Assembly: GCA_951406725.2 (NCBI GenBank)
Contig: OX597818.1
Span: forward strand, 89,590,001 to 89,654,000
DNA: 64,000 nucleotides
Source of the DNA: Octopus vulgaris
Lineage: Eukaryota
Reading direction: 5' to 3'
Numbering within the stretch: the stretch's first letter is position 1; every line of letters begins with the position of its first letter. The notes beneath the pieces are model-generated. The model saw nothing but the letters and a program-made list of their open reading frames with translations, ran no database searches and was not told the DNA's origin. The translations under genes and the position numbers were made by a program. Shown one piece after another: positions 1-12,068 of this stretch.

Positions 1-1279
1 GTTCGTTCGACTGACTCGTGGCTAACAACAGCAACGTGTATTCTTCATTTACAATGTCAACACGCGAAAACATAACCTTTTAAAAAAAAAAATAATAATA
101 ATAAAACATTGTGTACAGTGCTCACTTGGGTGATTACGACGTTCGTTGGATTTCTCTCGCGTGGGACAAATTACCAGTGCAAAATTTGAAAATTTTGAAT
201 CAGATCGTCAAATACAGGTGTTTGAACATTTTGCTTCCCGGCCGTTAATCCTGTAATACGCGAAATGAGTCGGTGTTGTCAGCGTAACCTTTTACGACGG
301 TGACATAGCATGGCCGCAGTCCTTAATGTAAAACGTAACTGTGCGGAAGTAAGTCTTATGGACGATACAACCGAGGCTAGAAACTGATACATAAGATACA
401 AGCTTGAAGTGCTATGAGTGGGAGCGAACCCAGTACCCTGTGACTGCAAAGCAAACTTTTCATCTACCCAACCATGCCTGCATCCAACATACATGCATGC
501 GCGTATGCGAGTGTGTGTGCACGTGTGCTAGTGTGTGCGAATGTTCGTATGAAGCCTCAACGTGGTTGTTCAACCTGTCAGCTAGAAATAGTACCAAATT
601 CTCCCTTAAGCTGCATTCTAACATCTTAAAAAGAGCATAAAAGTAAAAGAGGGAACATGGAATAAAATTGTCCAAGGGGCGGAATTTTGGAATAACGAAC
701 CTTCGAAGTTGCATACCTCATGGGCAAGGAAAAAGATAGTTTTATTGCTTTATTATTACCGTTAATCCTTTATCGATATTCCGAATTCAGATAACGGAAA
801 TAAACGATCACACAAAAAGTTATTTTACATTCTCGCTTTTTCCACATACTGTTGTACTCTTATCGTATCCCATGAGGTATAGGACATCGAAGGACCGATA
901 ATCAAAATTCTCCGCCGTCCGAAGTGGCACCAGTGGGACGGTTGTTACTGGAAAACCTTTGCTCATGGGATCTTACTCATGCCTAATCAACATACGCACA
1001 TTGGTAAAACATGTGTACATAATGCATTTAAAAAATTTATATATATAAAAAAAAATTACGTGTATTTTGCGTTGGTGTTGTGTATCCCCCAGGCCAGTCT
1101 GACTAAACAGACATAATAAAAGGCGTTCGTCCCATGACAATCCCGCCTATGCATTGAAGATTGGATAGTTTTTTTTAAAGATGTTTAAAGGGTGAGTTGT
1201 GAGAGATTTGGCTGCTATTTCTAACAGACTGAGTGACCACATAAAGGTTTTCATATTATTGTCAGTCACTAACCAAGAT

Positions 1280-1359
1280 CAAAGGTATGCCAACCGTGAC
1301 TCACGTCGTTTGTTTAGACAAAGGTATGCCAACCGTGACTCACGTCGTTTGTTTGGACA
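1280..1359. repeat. 40-bp tandem duplication
   Basis: CAAAGGTATGCCAACCGTGACTCACGTCGTTTGTTT(A/G)GA x2. Confidence 0.9.
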
Positions 1360-3955
1360 ACATTAGTCTATCTTTTCATTCATTATTTTATTAACACAAT
1401 AAAGTAATCTGAGGGAGATTTAGCTGCAGTCTCTAACAGATTGAATATCCATGGAGAAGGCCCATTCATTGTGGTTTAGCGTAGATTATACCTGATCGAA
1501 GGCGATCCAGCCATGACCATTCTGTCTTTTGCTAACATGCAGGAAATTCAGGACCACCGTCCAACGTGAATGATAACGAAAGATAGATGGGTATAACTAG
1601 AAACAGGTGCCCCGCTCCGATTTGTTTCCCTATAACTTACTGAAGAATGGATAGTTGTTAAAGAAATTTTGAAGAAATACATTTTCGAGGATGTAGATTA
1701 TATTGATAAAAATTGAGAAGAAATGTTGAGGAGTTTCAGATGTTTCTCCTTTCACTTCCGTCCTGATGTTTTTACCACCAAATTTCGTAACTTTTAACAT
1801 TTTCATCCACCTTTTTTTATATTTTCTTCAGATTTATATGTTTGAAACATCAGCATAATTGTAATCTACATCCTCGAAAACGGATTTTAGCAAAATTTCA
1901 CTTAAAAAAAAAACGCATTTGAAAAGATATTATGAAAAGCAAAAGTCGGGATTGGGGCACTAATCTGTAGATATGCCCTTAGAAATGTATATATTGATCG
2001 TAGTATGAAAAGGAGAGAGAGAGAGAGAGAGGAAATCAATAGGATGTAGTCAAGAGTAAAGCGAGAGAAGAAAGGTACAAGGCGAGAGAGAGAAGAAAGA
2101 GGAGGGGAGAGAGAGATGCAGTGATATAGAGAAGATAGTAGTAGTAGAGAGAACGATACACTACAACGAGGGTAGTAGTAATAGTAGTAGTCGTCGTAGC
2201 GAGAAAACGATAGTGATATAAACAGTAGTAGTAGTAGCAGCAGCGGCAACGAGGGAGAGAGAGAAAGAGAGACGTAGTGATACAGAGAAGGTAGTAGTAG
2301 TGGTGGTGGTAGTAGTAGAAAAGAGATAGATGGATAAAGACGTAGAGAGAGAGAGAAAGAAGAGACAGGAGTAAAATCGGGATAGAGAGAGGATAGTAGC
2401 AGTGCAGAGGGAAAGAAAGATAGAGAGAGGGAAGAATTCCCGAAAGAATGAGTAAAGAGAAACTAAGACTACAAAGAAAGGAAAGTAATCCTTACCAGCA
2501 GAAACATGGTGAAATGCTTTGCCACAGACTCAGGCAAAGTCTCAAGTTGTGGTTTCGTTATTATCCATGTTATGATATACCAACGGTTGAGCCAGACAGA
2601 GAAAGAAGCGCTGTATCTAAACTATATATATACGTAACTGATTATATGTATATATATATATATATCTGTTTATAGACAGATATCAACTAAGTGTGTATAT
2701 CAATACATCCACATATCGTTTGCAACTTTCAATACTACGACAACGCATGCCACACGTTACTCGCATGGCTTATCACGGAAATGAACGGAAACAGACGGAA
2801 ATCTAACGAAAACTGTCGGAAAGAAATATGAAGAAAAAAAAAATAAATACTGTGTGTTTATTTATTGTTCATTTAATATTGATGAGGACAATGATGGTGA
2901 TGATGATTGATGGAGGTGGGCGTAGCGAAGAAAGAGGAAGTGGAGGTTTTTTTTATGGTAATAGTCAGAGTGAAGGCTGAGAAGGTATGGTAGTGGTGTT
3001 AGGGTGGGGATAATGAAGACGGAGAATTTAGGAAAGATGGCAATGATAGCGGAGGAGAAGGCGGTGGAAGTGAAGGAGGACAGGGATGAGGATGAAAGGA
3101 GAAAAAGATGATGGGTGTAGAAATAGCGTGTCTGGAGCGAAAGTATGATGGCGGTGGGGAGATTGACGGAATGAGGATAGATATGTGGAGAGAGAGAGGC
3201 AGCGATAACGGGATGAAGAGGAGATGGTGATGATGACGAAGACGGAGAAGATGGTGATGCCAAAAGTAAAGATGTTGGTGGAGCTGAGGAGTAAGGGTTT
3301 GTCAAATAAATGGCGCGCTCCAAGGTGAAAACGTGATGATGGTATGAGGTGGATATGTAGAAGGAATGGTAATAGTGACAAAAAGAAATGGGGGTGCAAT
3401 AACGGAATGTGGGGTGGCATAAATGTTTTATTTAGCCCGAGGGAGAAGGGACGTGCCCATAGCCTTCTACGGCTATTGTTGAGGTGAAGACTAAGAGCAG
3501 TTAGACAAAATTATTCGAGGTGGATAAGGTTTATTCCAGCTCAGTTTCAACCCTTCAAGGTCAGTCTCTGATCCCGCCAGTCTTTTTCTCTCGCTTCCAT
3601 GAAAGTGATGGAAACAGTTGTGAACGATCATTTTAACTGATCGTTTTGCATATCTTTTTTCCCCCTCAGTGACCGTCAATATACAGATTTATTGGTGCAG
3701 CCAGATCAATGTCTGGGGACCAGACACTTATATGCCAAAACAATATTGTTGCTCTTGACATCATGAAAACCTTTGAACGTGGCCGGGACGAGGATCTCAT
3801 AAGATGTCGGTTTATAAGATCCATTCGTTATTCGTTCTTGGGTTTGAAGTTTCAAACAGTTTACTTCATTACAGCAGAAGTTAATAGAGTTGTCCCGGAC
3901 CAAATTGTTATTGTTGCGTAGCACTAAGCCATCTTCGGTCAAATAGACGTTACAT

Positions 3956-4239
3956 CAGGGGTTCTGAATCATATTTTTTTTTTATCTATGAACCCCTTTG
4001 ATTACTATTTAATTCTGGTAGATCCCCATAACCATTCGTTGTTTTAAAAACTAATTTTATAGATACTTCTTTCAAAATTTCTATTTTGCTATTCACTCGT
4101 CAACTTGTCTAAACTGAATTATGAACATGTTAGAGAAAGAGACCAAACTATCTCTTGCAAAACATTACTGTGGATCCCAATCTATTTTGCTAGCGCTGAT
4201 CCTCCAAAATTTCATATGGACACCGGTTGAGAATGACTG
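3956..4239. mobile_element. Degenerate hAT-type MITE
   Basis: Imperfect TIRs CAGGGGTTCTGAATC / GGTTGAGAATGACTG. Confidence 0.45.
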
Positions 4240-5144
4240 CCATATAGCATGGACTATATCAGTCGGCAAATTGTACGAGTTCCACATATCTAGTGCTCCA
4301 GATTTACTACGCCCTCGCGTAGCTTGTGGACCGCTTTGTACACTCCGAGACGAAATAAGCACAAGAGCTGCTGTGTGATAGTACGGATAACTTTTATCCT
4401 CTACCTGTTTCATTCATAGAGCTGCGGTCACGTTGAGGCACTGCCTTGAAAGGGTTTTAGTCGAACATCACCTAGAATACTTACGGGGAGATAAACAAAC
4501 CGATGCCGGTTGTTAAGCGGTGGAAGTACACACACACACACATAAATTCACAAACACACATACGCACACACAACAGGCTTTCGCAGTTTCCGTCTACCAA
4601 ATTCACTCACATGGCTTTGGTCAGCCTGGGACAGTATCAGAAGATATCTGCCCGAGGTGCTGTGCGGTGGGACCGAACCCGAAACGACTTGGTTGCAAAA
4701 GAAGCTTTTTAACCAAACAGCCACACTGCGATATGCTGTACTCTCTATAGTCCAATATATTTTCTGTATAACAGTTGTGCCTGTTTAATCCTGATTGAGA
4801 ACAAACCTATGATCAAATATATTCCGGCTGTGCGCAACCCGTTGTTTTAAAGATATCTAGAACTGCATTATTTAATATTTTAACTTACATATTTGTAAGG
4901 TACGATTTGATTTGAGGGAGATTTTGCTGTTATTTGTAGCTTCGCAAGTAGAGGCTCTCAGTGGGACTCTAGCAGAAGACAATCTCAGTCAGAGAGTGAC
5001 AGTTAATGTTCGTCTGCACGTATTAGTGGTACGCAACCCAGTATGGTGATGAAAGCCGATAAAGTTATACATGCTGGAGCTGAGTATGTGTGGAAGAAGG
5101 AAAGTGTTGCGTCCTATCAAATTTGTTTGAAGCTGGATGAGAGC

Positions 5145-5425
5145 GGAGGCGCAATGGCCCAGTGGTTAGGGCAGCGGACTCGCAGTCGGAGGATCGCGGT
5201 TTCAATTCCTAGACCGGGCGTTGTGTGTGTGTTTATTGAGCAAAAACACCTAAAAGTTCCACGAGGCTCCAGCAGGGGGTGATGGCGACCTCTATTGTAT
5301 TCTTTCGTCACAACTTTCTCTCACTCTCTCTTCCTGTTTCTTGAGTAACGCTGCGATAAACTGGCGTCCCGTCCACAAAAACCGGGAAACCAGGCCCATG
5401 AGTCTGGCTAGGCTTCAAAAGGGCG
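5145..5425 (+). mobile_element. SINE family C, tail type i
   Basis: Same head; tail CTGGCGTCCCGTCC..GGGAAACC..CCCATGAG.CTGGCTAGGCTT. Also at 26830-27138 (-) and 29530-29830 (-). Confidence 0.88.
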
Positions 5426-6025
5426 ACGTTTATTGTTTTATATGGATGTGAGCGGTAAGCAGGGTTCGAGTGATCGGACGTGCTTCGAGCATGCGCCTAT
5501 GTATTATGAAGGATAACTTCAGAAAGGGCATTTGCCTTATTGGCCAGGGTAAATGTAATTGTGTAGGATTTCTACGAGCAGCTTTCCCCATTTGTAGAAT
5601 TTCTCTTTGAATAGTTCTTTTTTAAGTTCTACCTTTTTTTAAACTCACTTTTTATGCAATCCTACACTGTATCGTCCTGTACCGTCCTCGATATTTTTGC
5701 TATCCCTTGGGTTTAATAGGGAAAACTGGTGCTTCGGCAGTCTTGACATTCTGAGTTATCTTTGACCACTGTGTCCAATCCTTCATCCCCAGAATATCTA
5801 CCCTCTGGAACCTCCTCGTGTCTTTCCTACAGGTGTTGAGCTGTAATAGGCTAAACGCAGCATTAACAGCATCAATATCACTAAGGTCGGATTGCCTGCA
5901 AGTATCACGGGTTCAGCCCCCTTCCTCTAGTCACAGAATACAAAACACATTCATTATTACGCACACAACACACTACAACAGGAAACGAGGATGTGGATGG
6001 GGGTCCTTACGTGGCCACTCGACAT

Positions 6026-6390
6026 TACTCTTTTACTTGTTTCAGTCATTTGACTGCGGCCATGCTGGAGCACCGCCTTTAGTCGAGCAAATCGACCCCG
6101 GGACTTATTCTTTGTAAGCCCAGTACTTATTCTATCGGTCTCTTTTGCCGAACCGCTAAGTGACGGTTAGAGGGACAAACACAGACACACAAACATATAC
6201 ATACACATACATATATATATACATATATACGACAGGCTTCTTTCAGTTTCCGTCTACCAAATCCACTCACAAGGCTTTGGTCGGCCCGAGGCTATAGCAG
6301 AAGACACTTGCCCAAGATGCCACGCAGTGGGACTGAACCCAGAACCATGTGGCTGGTTAGCAAGCTACTTACCACACAGCCACTCCTGCG
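6026..6390 (-). mobile_element. SINE family A copy
   Basis: Reverse complement of the 17036-17460 family. Confidence 0.88.
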
Positions 6391-6677
6391 ACATGCTAGA
6401 AATAACAGCTAAATCTAGTTACCGTCGTATAAAAAGTAAGATATATTGGGTAATGTACAATAGTTCTAGATACATTAAAACCCACTTGCTCCCGACCCGC
6501 CAAAAAAAAAAAAAAATCGGGATAGTTAAAATTGGAATATATGCAGACATAATGTGTAACAACACTGTTTTACACACATTTTACAGCAGAGTTGCACTAC
6601 TAGTTCTATACACAGAAATACATTGAAAATAATCTCACTTAGCAGCACTAAGATTATCACATTTTATTACAAGGTTA

Positions 6678-6768
6678 TTAATATGAAACACAACTACCGC
6701 CATGGGGCGCTCCATACGAATAATCGCTGCGCGGCAGCATGTCTTCAGTTGTATTGAACATGGCAAGT
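6678..6768 (-). CDS. Small orphan gene, terminal coding exon (LAMFNTTEDMLPRSDYSYGAPHGGSCVSY*)
   Basis: Acceptor TTGTTTCAG|, open in phase 2, TAA at 6678-6680, and AATAAA about 10 nt downstream (6663-6668). Confidence 0.6.
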
Positions 6769-6885
6769 CTGAAACAATTGACCAGTGGATCGAACCCAAC
6801 CACTGCAAGGAAATCCTAAATCTGTGGTGTGGCAGCTTGCTAATTGAATGGAGTTTCGAAGTAATCCCCCTCCCCCTCTCTGTCG

Positions 6886-6947
<62 letters not shown>

Positions 6948-6950
<3 letters not shown>

Positions 6951-7113
6951 AGAGTTTAGGAAAAAAAGACGAAGACAGGTAGTGTACAAAACAAACAGAT
7001 GTATTAGTATAACGCTCAGGATAGAAAAAGTCTTTTACGTTTCGAGCCTACGCTCTTCTACAGAAAGGGACACAGAAAAAACAAAGAGAGAAAAAAATGT
7101 GTGTAGTGGCTAA

Positions 7114-7116
<3 letters not shown>
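6948..7116 (-). mobile_element. About 170-bp HHR-like mini-element between (TA)n tracts
   Basis: Minus 7032-7067: CTTT CTGTAGA A GAGC GTAG GCTC GAAA CGTA AAAG (position 6 deviates). Same family as 19030-19182 (+). Confidence 0.65.
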
Positions 7117-7155
<39 letters not shown>

Positions 7156-7317
7156 TGACGTATATTTGCCATTTCAATATGGCTACCCCTAAGGGTGGAT
7201 GCTACTGTAGTTTTTAGCCCCAGGAGGACACACTCCTCCAGCTGGCCATAGACACACTTTCTGTGCCCTGTCAGTATTTGCAAAGGAAGTCATCCTTCCC
7301 GTCTTCAACTTATGATA

Positions 7318-7362
7318 CACACGGACTCGAGTTTCGAGGTATTGACCTCTCGTCAGCGTGTG
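7318..7362 (-). ncRNA. Canonical-core minimal type I hammerhead ribozyme within a PLE-type repeat (about 7155-7390)
   Basis: Minus: CACACG CTGACGA GAGGT CAAT ACCTC GAAA CTCGAG TC CGTGTG. Perfect stems I and II, palindromic stem III, GUC cleavage site. Confidence 0.9.
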
Positions 7363-7394
7363 ACAATCATAGTTGTCGGCGAGAATTAGATTTC

Positions 7395-7429
<35 letters not shown>

Positions 7430-7525
7430 TGTATGTCCGATTATTTCTATGTCCCCGCGCATGATACAACCTTAAGACATTTATTAGATGGCCGTTGACT
7501 CTCATTCATTCATTCATTCATACAT

Positions 7526-7582
<57 letters not shown>

Positions 7583-7681
7583 TACATACATACATAGGTG
7601 CAAGTGCGGCTGTGTGGTAAGAAACTTGGTTCCAAAACACATGGTCCTGGGTTCAGTCCCACTGAGCGGTAACTTGGCATG

Positions 7682-7990
7682 TACCCGATCGCGCGGTTAA
7701 ACCATTGGGAGTGAAGGATTCCTAGCCTTTGTTAGGGCATCCTTCTAGGAGAAGGTAACTCTGGTAACTGGGATAACTCCGACATAAAACCTGCGGCTCA
7801 GTGGTTACCGACGATGTTGACTTATTCTTCTTTTCGGATTATGGCTGCTGTTGCTTAGTGATAGAGATTGACTCAGTGCACAGCCTTTCCTCACTTTAAA
7901 AAAAATCTTCTTGCACAGGCATTGCACGATAACAACGTTGATTAAGCTTCGTGCAATGGCCATACTCGATAACGAGGGGGCAGCCACCAT
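7682..7990 (+). mobile_element. RTE-derived non-autonomous element (5' UTR motif), ending in (ATGT)n
   Basis: TTAGGGCATCCTTCTAGGAGAAGGTAACTCT resembles the conserved RTE 5' UTR motif. Confidence 0.45.
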
Positions 7991-8387
7991 GTATGTATGT
8001 ATGTATGTATGTATGTATGTATGTATGTATGTATGTATGTATGTATGTATGTATGTGTGTGTGTGTGTGTGCGTATGTAGTGGCTTAGTAGTTAGGGAGT
8101 ATTCAGCTCGCGATCGTAGGGTCGTAAGTTCGATTCCCGGCGGCGCGTTGTGTCCTTGAGCATGACACTTTATTTTACGCTGGCAAAACATTAGCAGTAC
8201 CTGTATTGCAAAGAACCAACATTGTCAGATTCTGTGTCATGCGAATCTCCCCAAGAGCTACGTTAAGTGTGCGCGTGTCTTTGGGGTGCTCAGCACGTTA
8301 ATTTCACGAGCAGGTTGTTCCGTTGATGGGACCAACTGGAACCCTTGTCACAACCAGTGGGGTGTCAGGGAATCTATCTATCTATAT

Positions 8388-8560
8388 AACTACAAACGTG
8401 CTGTTGGGGATTTCCCCCCTTCTTTGGATGTTTCCTTTACCGATGAAGGGTGATGCTCGAAACGTCAAAAACACTTTCTTTTTACTGAACGTCAAACTAA
8501 TACGTACCATGTACAGTCTTCTTCTTGTTTGCTATTTTCAATGTTCGTTTATTCCTTTTG
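8388..8560 (+). mobile_element. Degenerate HHR-containing repeat
   Basis: 8436-8470: TTTA CCGATGA AGGGTGATGCTC GAAA CGTC AAAA. Confidence 0.55.
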
Positions 8561-8989
8561 ACTATGTGTGTGTGTGTGTGAAGGCGCATGGCCTAGTAGT
8601 TAGGGTGTTGAACTTTGATCTAAATAAATGAAAAAAAAATGTTCCTTCTCGAGTCATGCCAGGCTCATAAGGGACGGTTTCCCGGTTTCAGTGACGTAGA
8701 AATTCCCCACATGGACGGGACGCCGGTCCGCCGCAGGATTACTCATTTTTGCCAGCTGAGTGGACTGGAGCAACGTGAAATGAAGTGTTTTGCTCAAGAA
8801 CACACCGCATCGCCCGGTCCAAGAATCGAAACCACAACCTTACGATCATGAGTTCAACACCCTAACCACTAAGCTACGCGCCTCCACACTATTGATCTAG
8901 CAGTCGTAATTTCAATTCCTAGACCGCGTGGTGTGTTGTGTTCTTGAGCAAAATACTTCATCTTACGTTGCTCAGCGATCACTTCGACG

Positions 8990-9268
8990 CCTGACCTTCG
9001 AAACGTGGAGTAGATGAAACAAAGGCGACTGAAGAAGGGGAATTTTCCTTGTTTTGTATGTCCTGTACTCTATTTTTTCGTTGTTTAAGAAAAATGTCCA
9101 TTTCCCTTGGTTTTGTGTTTATGTTTTCGTTTCTCATTGTGTTCGACATTTTTTTGGTGTCCTGTACCCATATATGCATGTATATATACATGTAGAGGTA
9201 GGTACGTACATATATGTGTGTATATATGCATATATTTTATTTATTTATTAATTTATATATATGTATAC

Positions 9269-9280
<12 letters not shown>
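8990..9280 (+). repeat. Interspersed repeat (PLE pseudo-LTR-like), second copy at 31543-31800
   Basis: About 190 bp nearly identical (TTTTCGTTGTTTAAGAAAAATGTCC..GTAGAGGTAGGTACGTACAT). The 31.5-kb copy ends in an inverted duplication. Confidence 0.7.
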
Positions 9281-9310
<30 letters not shown>

Positions 9311-9312
9311 CT

Positions 9313-9562
9313 GGAGGCGCAATGGCCCACTGGTTTGAGCAGCGGACTCGCGGTCGTAGGATCGTGGTTTCGATTCCCACGAGGCTCTGGCAGGGGGTGG
9401 TGATGATCCCTGCTGTACTCTTTCGCCACAACTTTCTCTCACTCTTTCTTCTGTTGGCCTGCTCGCTTAGCCAGCGGGGTGGCGTCATTTGAAGGCTAAA
9501 ACAATGCGAAGCGCATTGTGACCAGCGATGTGTAGCAACATCTGATAGCCCGGTCGATCATG

Positions 9563-9566
<4 letters not shown>
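9313..9566 (+). mobile_element. SINE family C, tail type ii (RTE-like tail)
   Basis: Same head; tail CAATGCGAAGCGCATTGTGACCAGCGATGTGTAGCAACATCTGATAGCC. Also at 58248-58480 (-). Confidence 0.88.
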
Positions 9567-9596
<30 letters not shown>

Positions 9597-9691
9597 TAGA
9601 TAGATAGATACCAAAAGAGGAACGCAGTAAAGTACGACACGCAACCAGAAGTGAATTCCATATTGTACTCCAGTATTCAGAGTAGTACCAC

Positions 9692-10240
9692 GTTGGGCAA
9701 GACTTTGCCCCACCCCCACCCCAATCACCCATTTTAAAAACTTTCTTTTTTTTTTTTCAACACAAATACGAATCTACCAAAAAACTGGCAAAAATCGACA
9801 TTTCTAAATTAACACCCCCACCCCAATTTCTTTCATTTAAAACTTTCTTCAGAATTTTTTTTTTCTCAAAATATGCGGAAAAATATGGAGATTATGATTC
9901 TGAAAAAAAATTTCTAAAATTTTTGTAAAATTTTTTTTTAACAATTTTTTCTTTTCGAAATATGCAGAAAAAATACGGACATCAGGATTCGGACAAAAAT
10001 TTCAAAACATTTCTGTACTTACGGCTAGGGTTTTATGGTTAGGGTTAGGGTTTTAGGGTTAGTGTTGTGGAAAAAAGTCAAAATTGAAGAAGTTGCGAGG
10101 AAACGGGGGTGGGAATTTTTGGCAATTTTTCGGAACCACCGTATCCGAAAACGGATTTTTGGCAAAAAAAAAAGAAAATTTTTAATAAACAAATTTGTGA
10201 GAAATGGAGTGGAAGGGACGGGTGGAAGTCTTGGGCAACA
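9692..10240. mobile_element. TIR element with an internal (TTAGGG)n-like tract
   Basis: Imperfect TIRs GTTGGGCAAGACTT / AAGTCTTGGGCAAC. TAGGGTT repeats at 10026-10062. Confidence 0.5.
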
Positions 10241-10611
10241 ACCTATAGGCTGTTGTGCGGAATATGAGCCAAAAAATAGAAGAAATAATAATAAAAACAA
10301 GAAAACTTATGAAGTATCTAAAGCTTTATGGTGGATAACCGTGTTTCAATAAAGTTGTGTTTGTGTGTGTATATGAAATGTGTTAGTGTTTGTCTTACGC
10401 AAGAGTAATTCGGGGTGGGAATACAACATTTCTGAAAAAGTGCCACGGACATCCGTGTGTAACAGCAAACGTGTAAGAATGTATAGTATATGATTTGCAT
10501 GTGTTATTCTTTTATTATATTATGCATTTCAGCCATGTTACTGCAGTAATGCAGGCGCACCAGGTTTATATATATATCATTTATTTATTATTTAATTAAA
10601 TGCGACGCAGA

Positions 10612-11052
10612 AAGTAATGGCGAACTTGTGCTGACTCTTTTGCCACAACTTTCTCTAACTCTTTCCTCCTGCATCTTGCAGCTCACCTGCGACGGACCGG
10701 CGTCCCGTCTAGGTGGAGAACCTATACGCCAGGAAAACCGGGAAACCGGCCCTTATGAGCCAGGCGTGGCTCGAGAAGGAACGAATGATATATATGGTTT
10801 CCTTGGCGTATAGGTTCCCCACCTGGACGGGAAGCCGGTCCGTTGCAGGTGAGCTGCAAGATGCAAGAGGAAAGAGTGAGAGAAAGTTGTGGCGAAAAAG
10901 TCAGCAGAAGTTTCGCCATTACCTTCTACGGGAGCCGCGTGGAGCTTAGGTCTTTTCGCTCATAAACACACACATCGCCCGGTCTGAGATTCGAACCCGC
11001 GATCCCTCGACCGCGAGTCCGCGCTGCTCTAACCACTTGGCCATGTGCCTCC
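10612..11052. mobile_element. Tail-to-tail inverted pair of family C SINEs (tail type iv)
   Basis: 10612-10739 (+) is complementary to 10795-10922. Confidence 0.85.
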
Positions 11053-11104
<52 letters not shown>

Positions 11105-11919
11105 TGCTTCCTGGGAGTGACACAAGTTCAAACTATGCCCGGCCACTTATAATAAAGCACTCAAAGATAAGTTTGAATATGCGTATGTATAGCAAAGCAA
11201 ATAACAGAAAGTTTGAGTGAAGTTGACGCTAAAGAAAGGAAATAAGTTATAGAATGTGTGTGCGTATGTATGTATGATATGTATATATGTATGTATGAAT
11301 GAATGTTTACGACACACACACGAACGCATATACAACCCTCCACACACATACCTACATACATACATATATATATATATATACAGAGAGAGAAAGGGACAAA
11401 CATACGCACCCATACACATGTTCACACACATTCCCACTCCGTCTATGTACACATGCCAACACACACACACACACACACACGCACATCCATTCACACAGCC
11501 TTCAGACTGCCTCTCAGACACCCTTCAAACTGCCCCTACTCACTATTGACCATCCCATCTACGCATACGTGCAAAAACACATACACACTATCACAACCAC
11601 CCATATGCACACCTGCCACCATAGTTGCTGAGCTCTCACTACGACATTAACAAACACACACAGACCACTCACACAAACACATGTAAACAGTTGATACAAC
11701 ACACACACACACAGAGTTACTGCTACACACACACACGGTATCACACACACATGCAACCACCATCACACGCACACACTCAGTTACTGCCATACGCACACAC
11801 GCTACCATACACACACGAAATCACACACACACATACCACCACATACACACAGATACCAACCATTCTTCACTCTCTTGTCTCAGAAAGCCCTTTCTTTTTG
11901 TTCAACTACTTCCGGTCGT

Positions 11920-12065
11920 TTCAAAAATGTAACTACACGTGGACTGTTGGCGATTCACCCCCTCTTTCTTCCTTTTCGTTTGGACTCTCCTATGTCTCCT
12001 GTTTCCGAAGAAGAGCTTGGCTCGAAACGTAAACCAACCACTCTTTCTTTTCCCTCTGAGTGTCT
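11920..12065 (+). mobile_element. HHR-containing repeat interrupted by a foldback element
   Basis: 12001-12034: GTTT CCGAAGA A GAGC TTG GCTC GAAA CGT AAAC. Family sequence (GTACTCGCGTTG) appears to resume at 13630/14158. Confidence 0.65.
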
Positions 12066-12068
12066 CAG

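Noticed and set aside
2496-2610. Minus-strand exon candidate with GTAAGG donor
   Set aside because: Weak acceptor, lies beyond the predicted polyA site, and has no phase-compatible partner.
1990-3420. Hydrophobic/Ser-rich ORFs on minus
   Set aside because: Purine-rich low-complexity DNA producing spurious ORFs.
5500-5930. Possible decayed retroelement coding sequence
   Set aside because: No recognisable motif in the frames I read.
8993-9040. Permuted (type II) hammerhead CTTC GAAA CGT..CTGAAGA AGGGG
   Set aside because: Stem I cannot be formed convincingly and the cleavage position is G.
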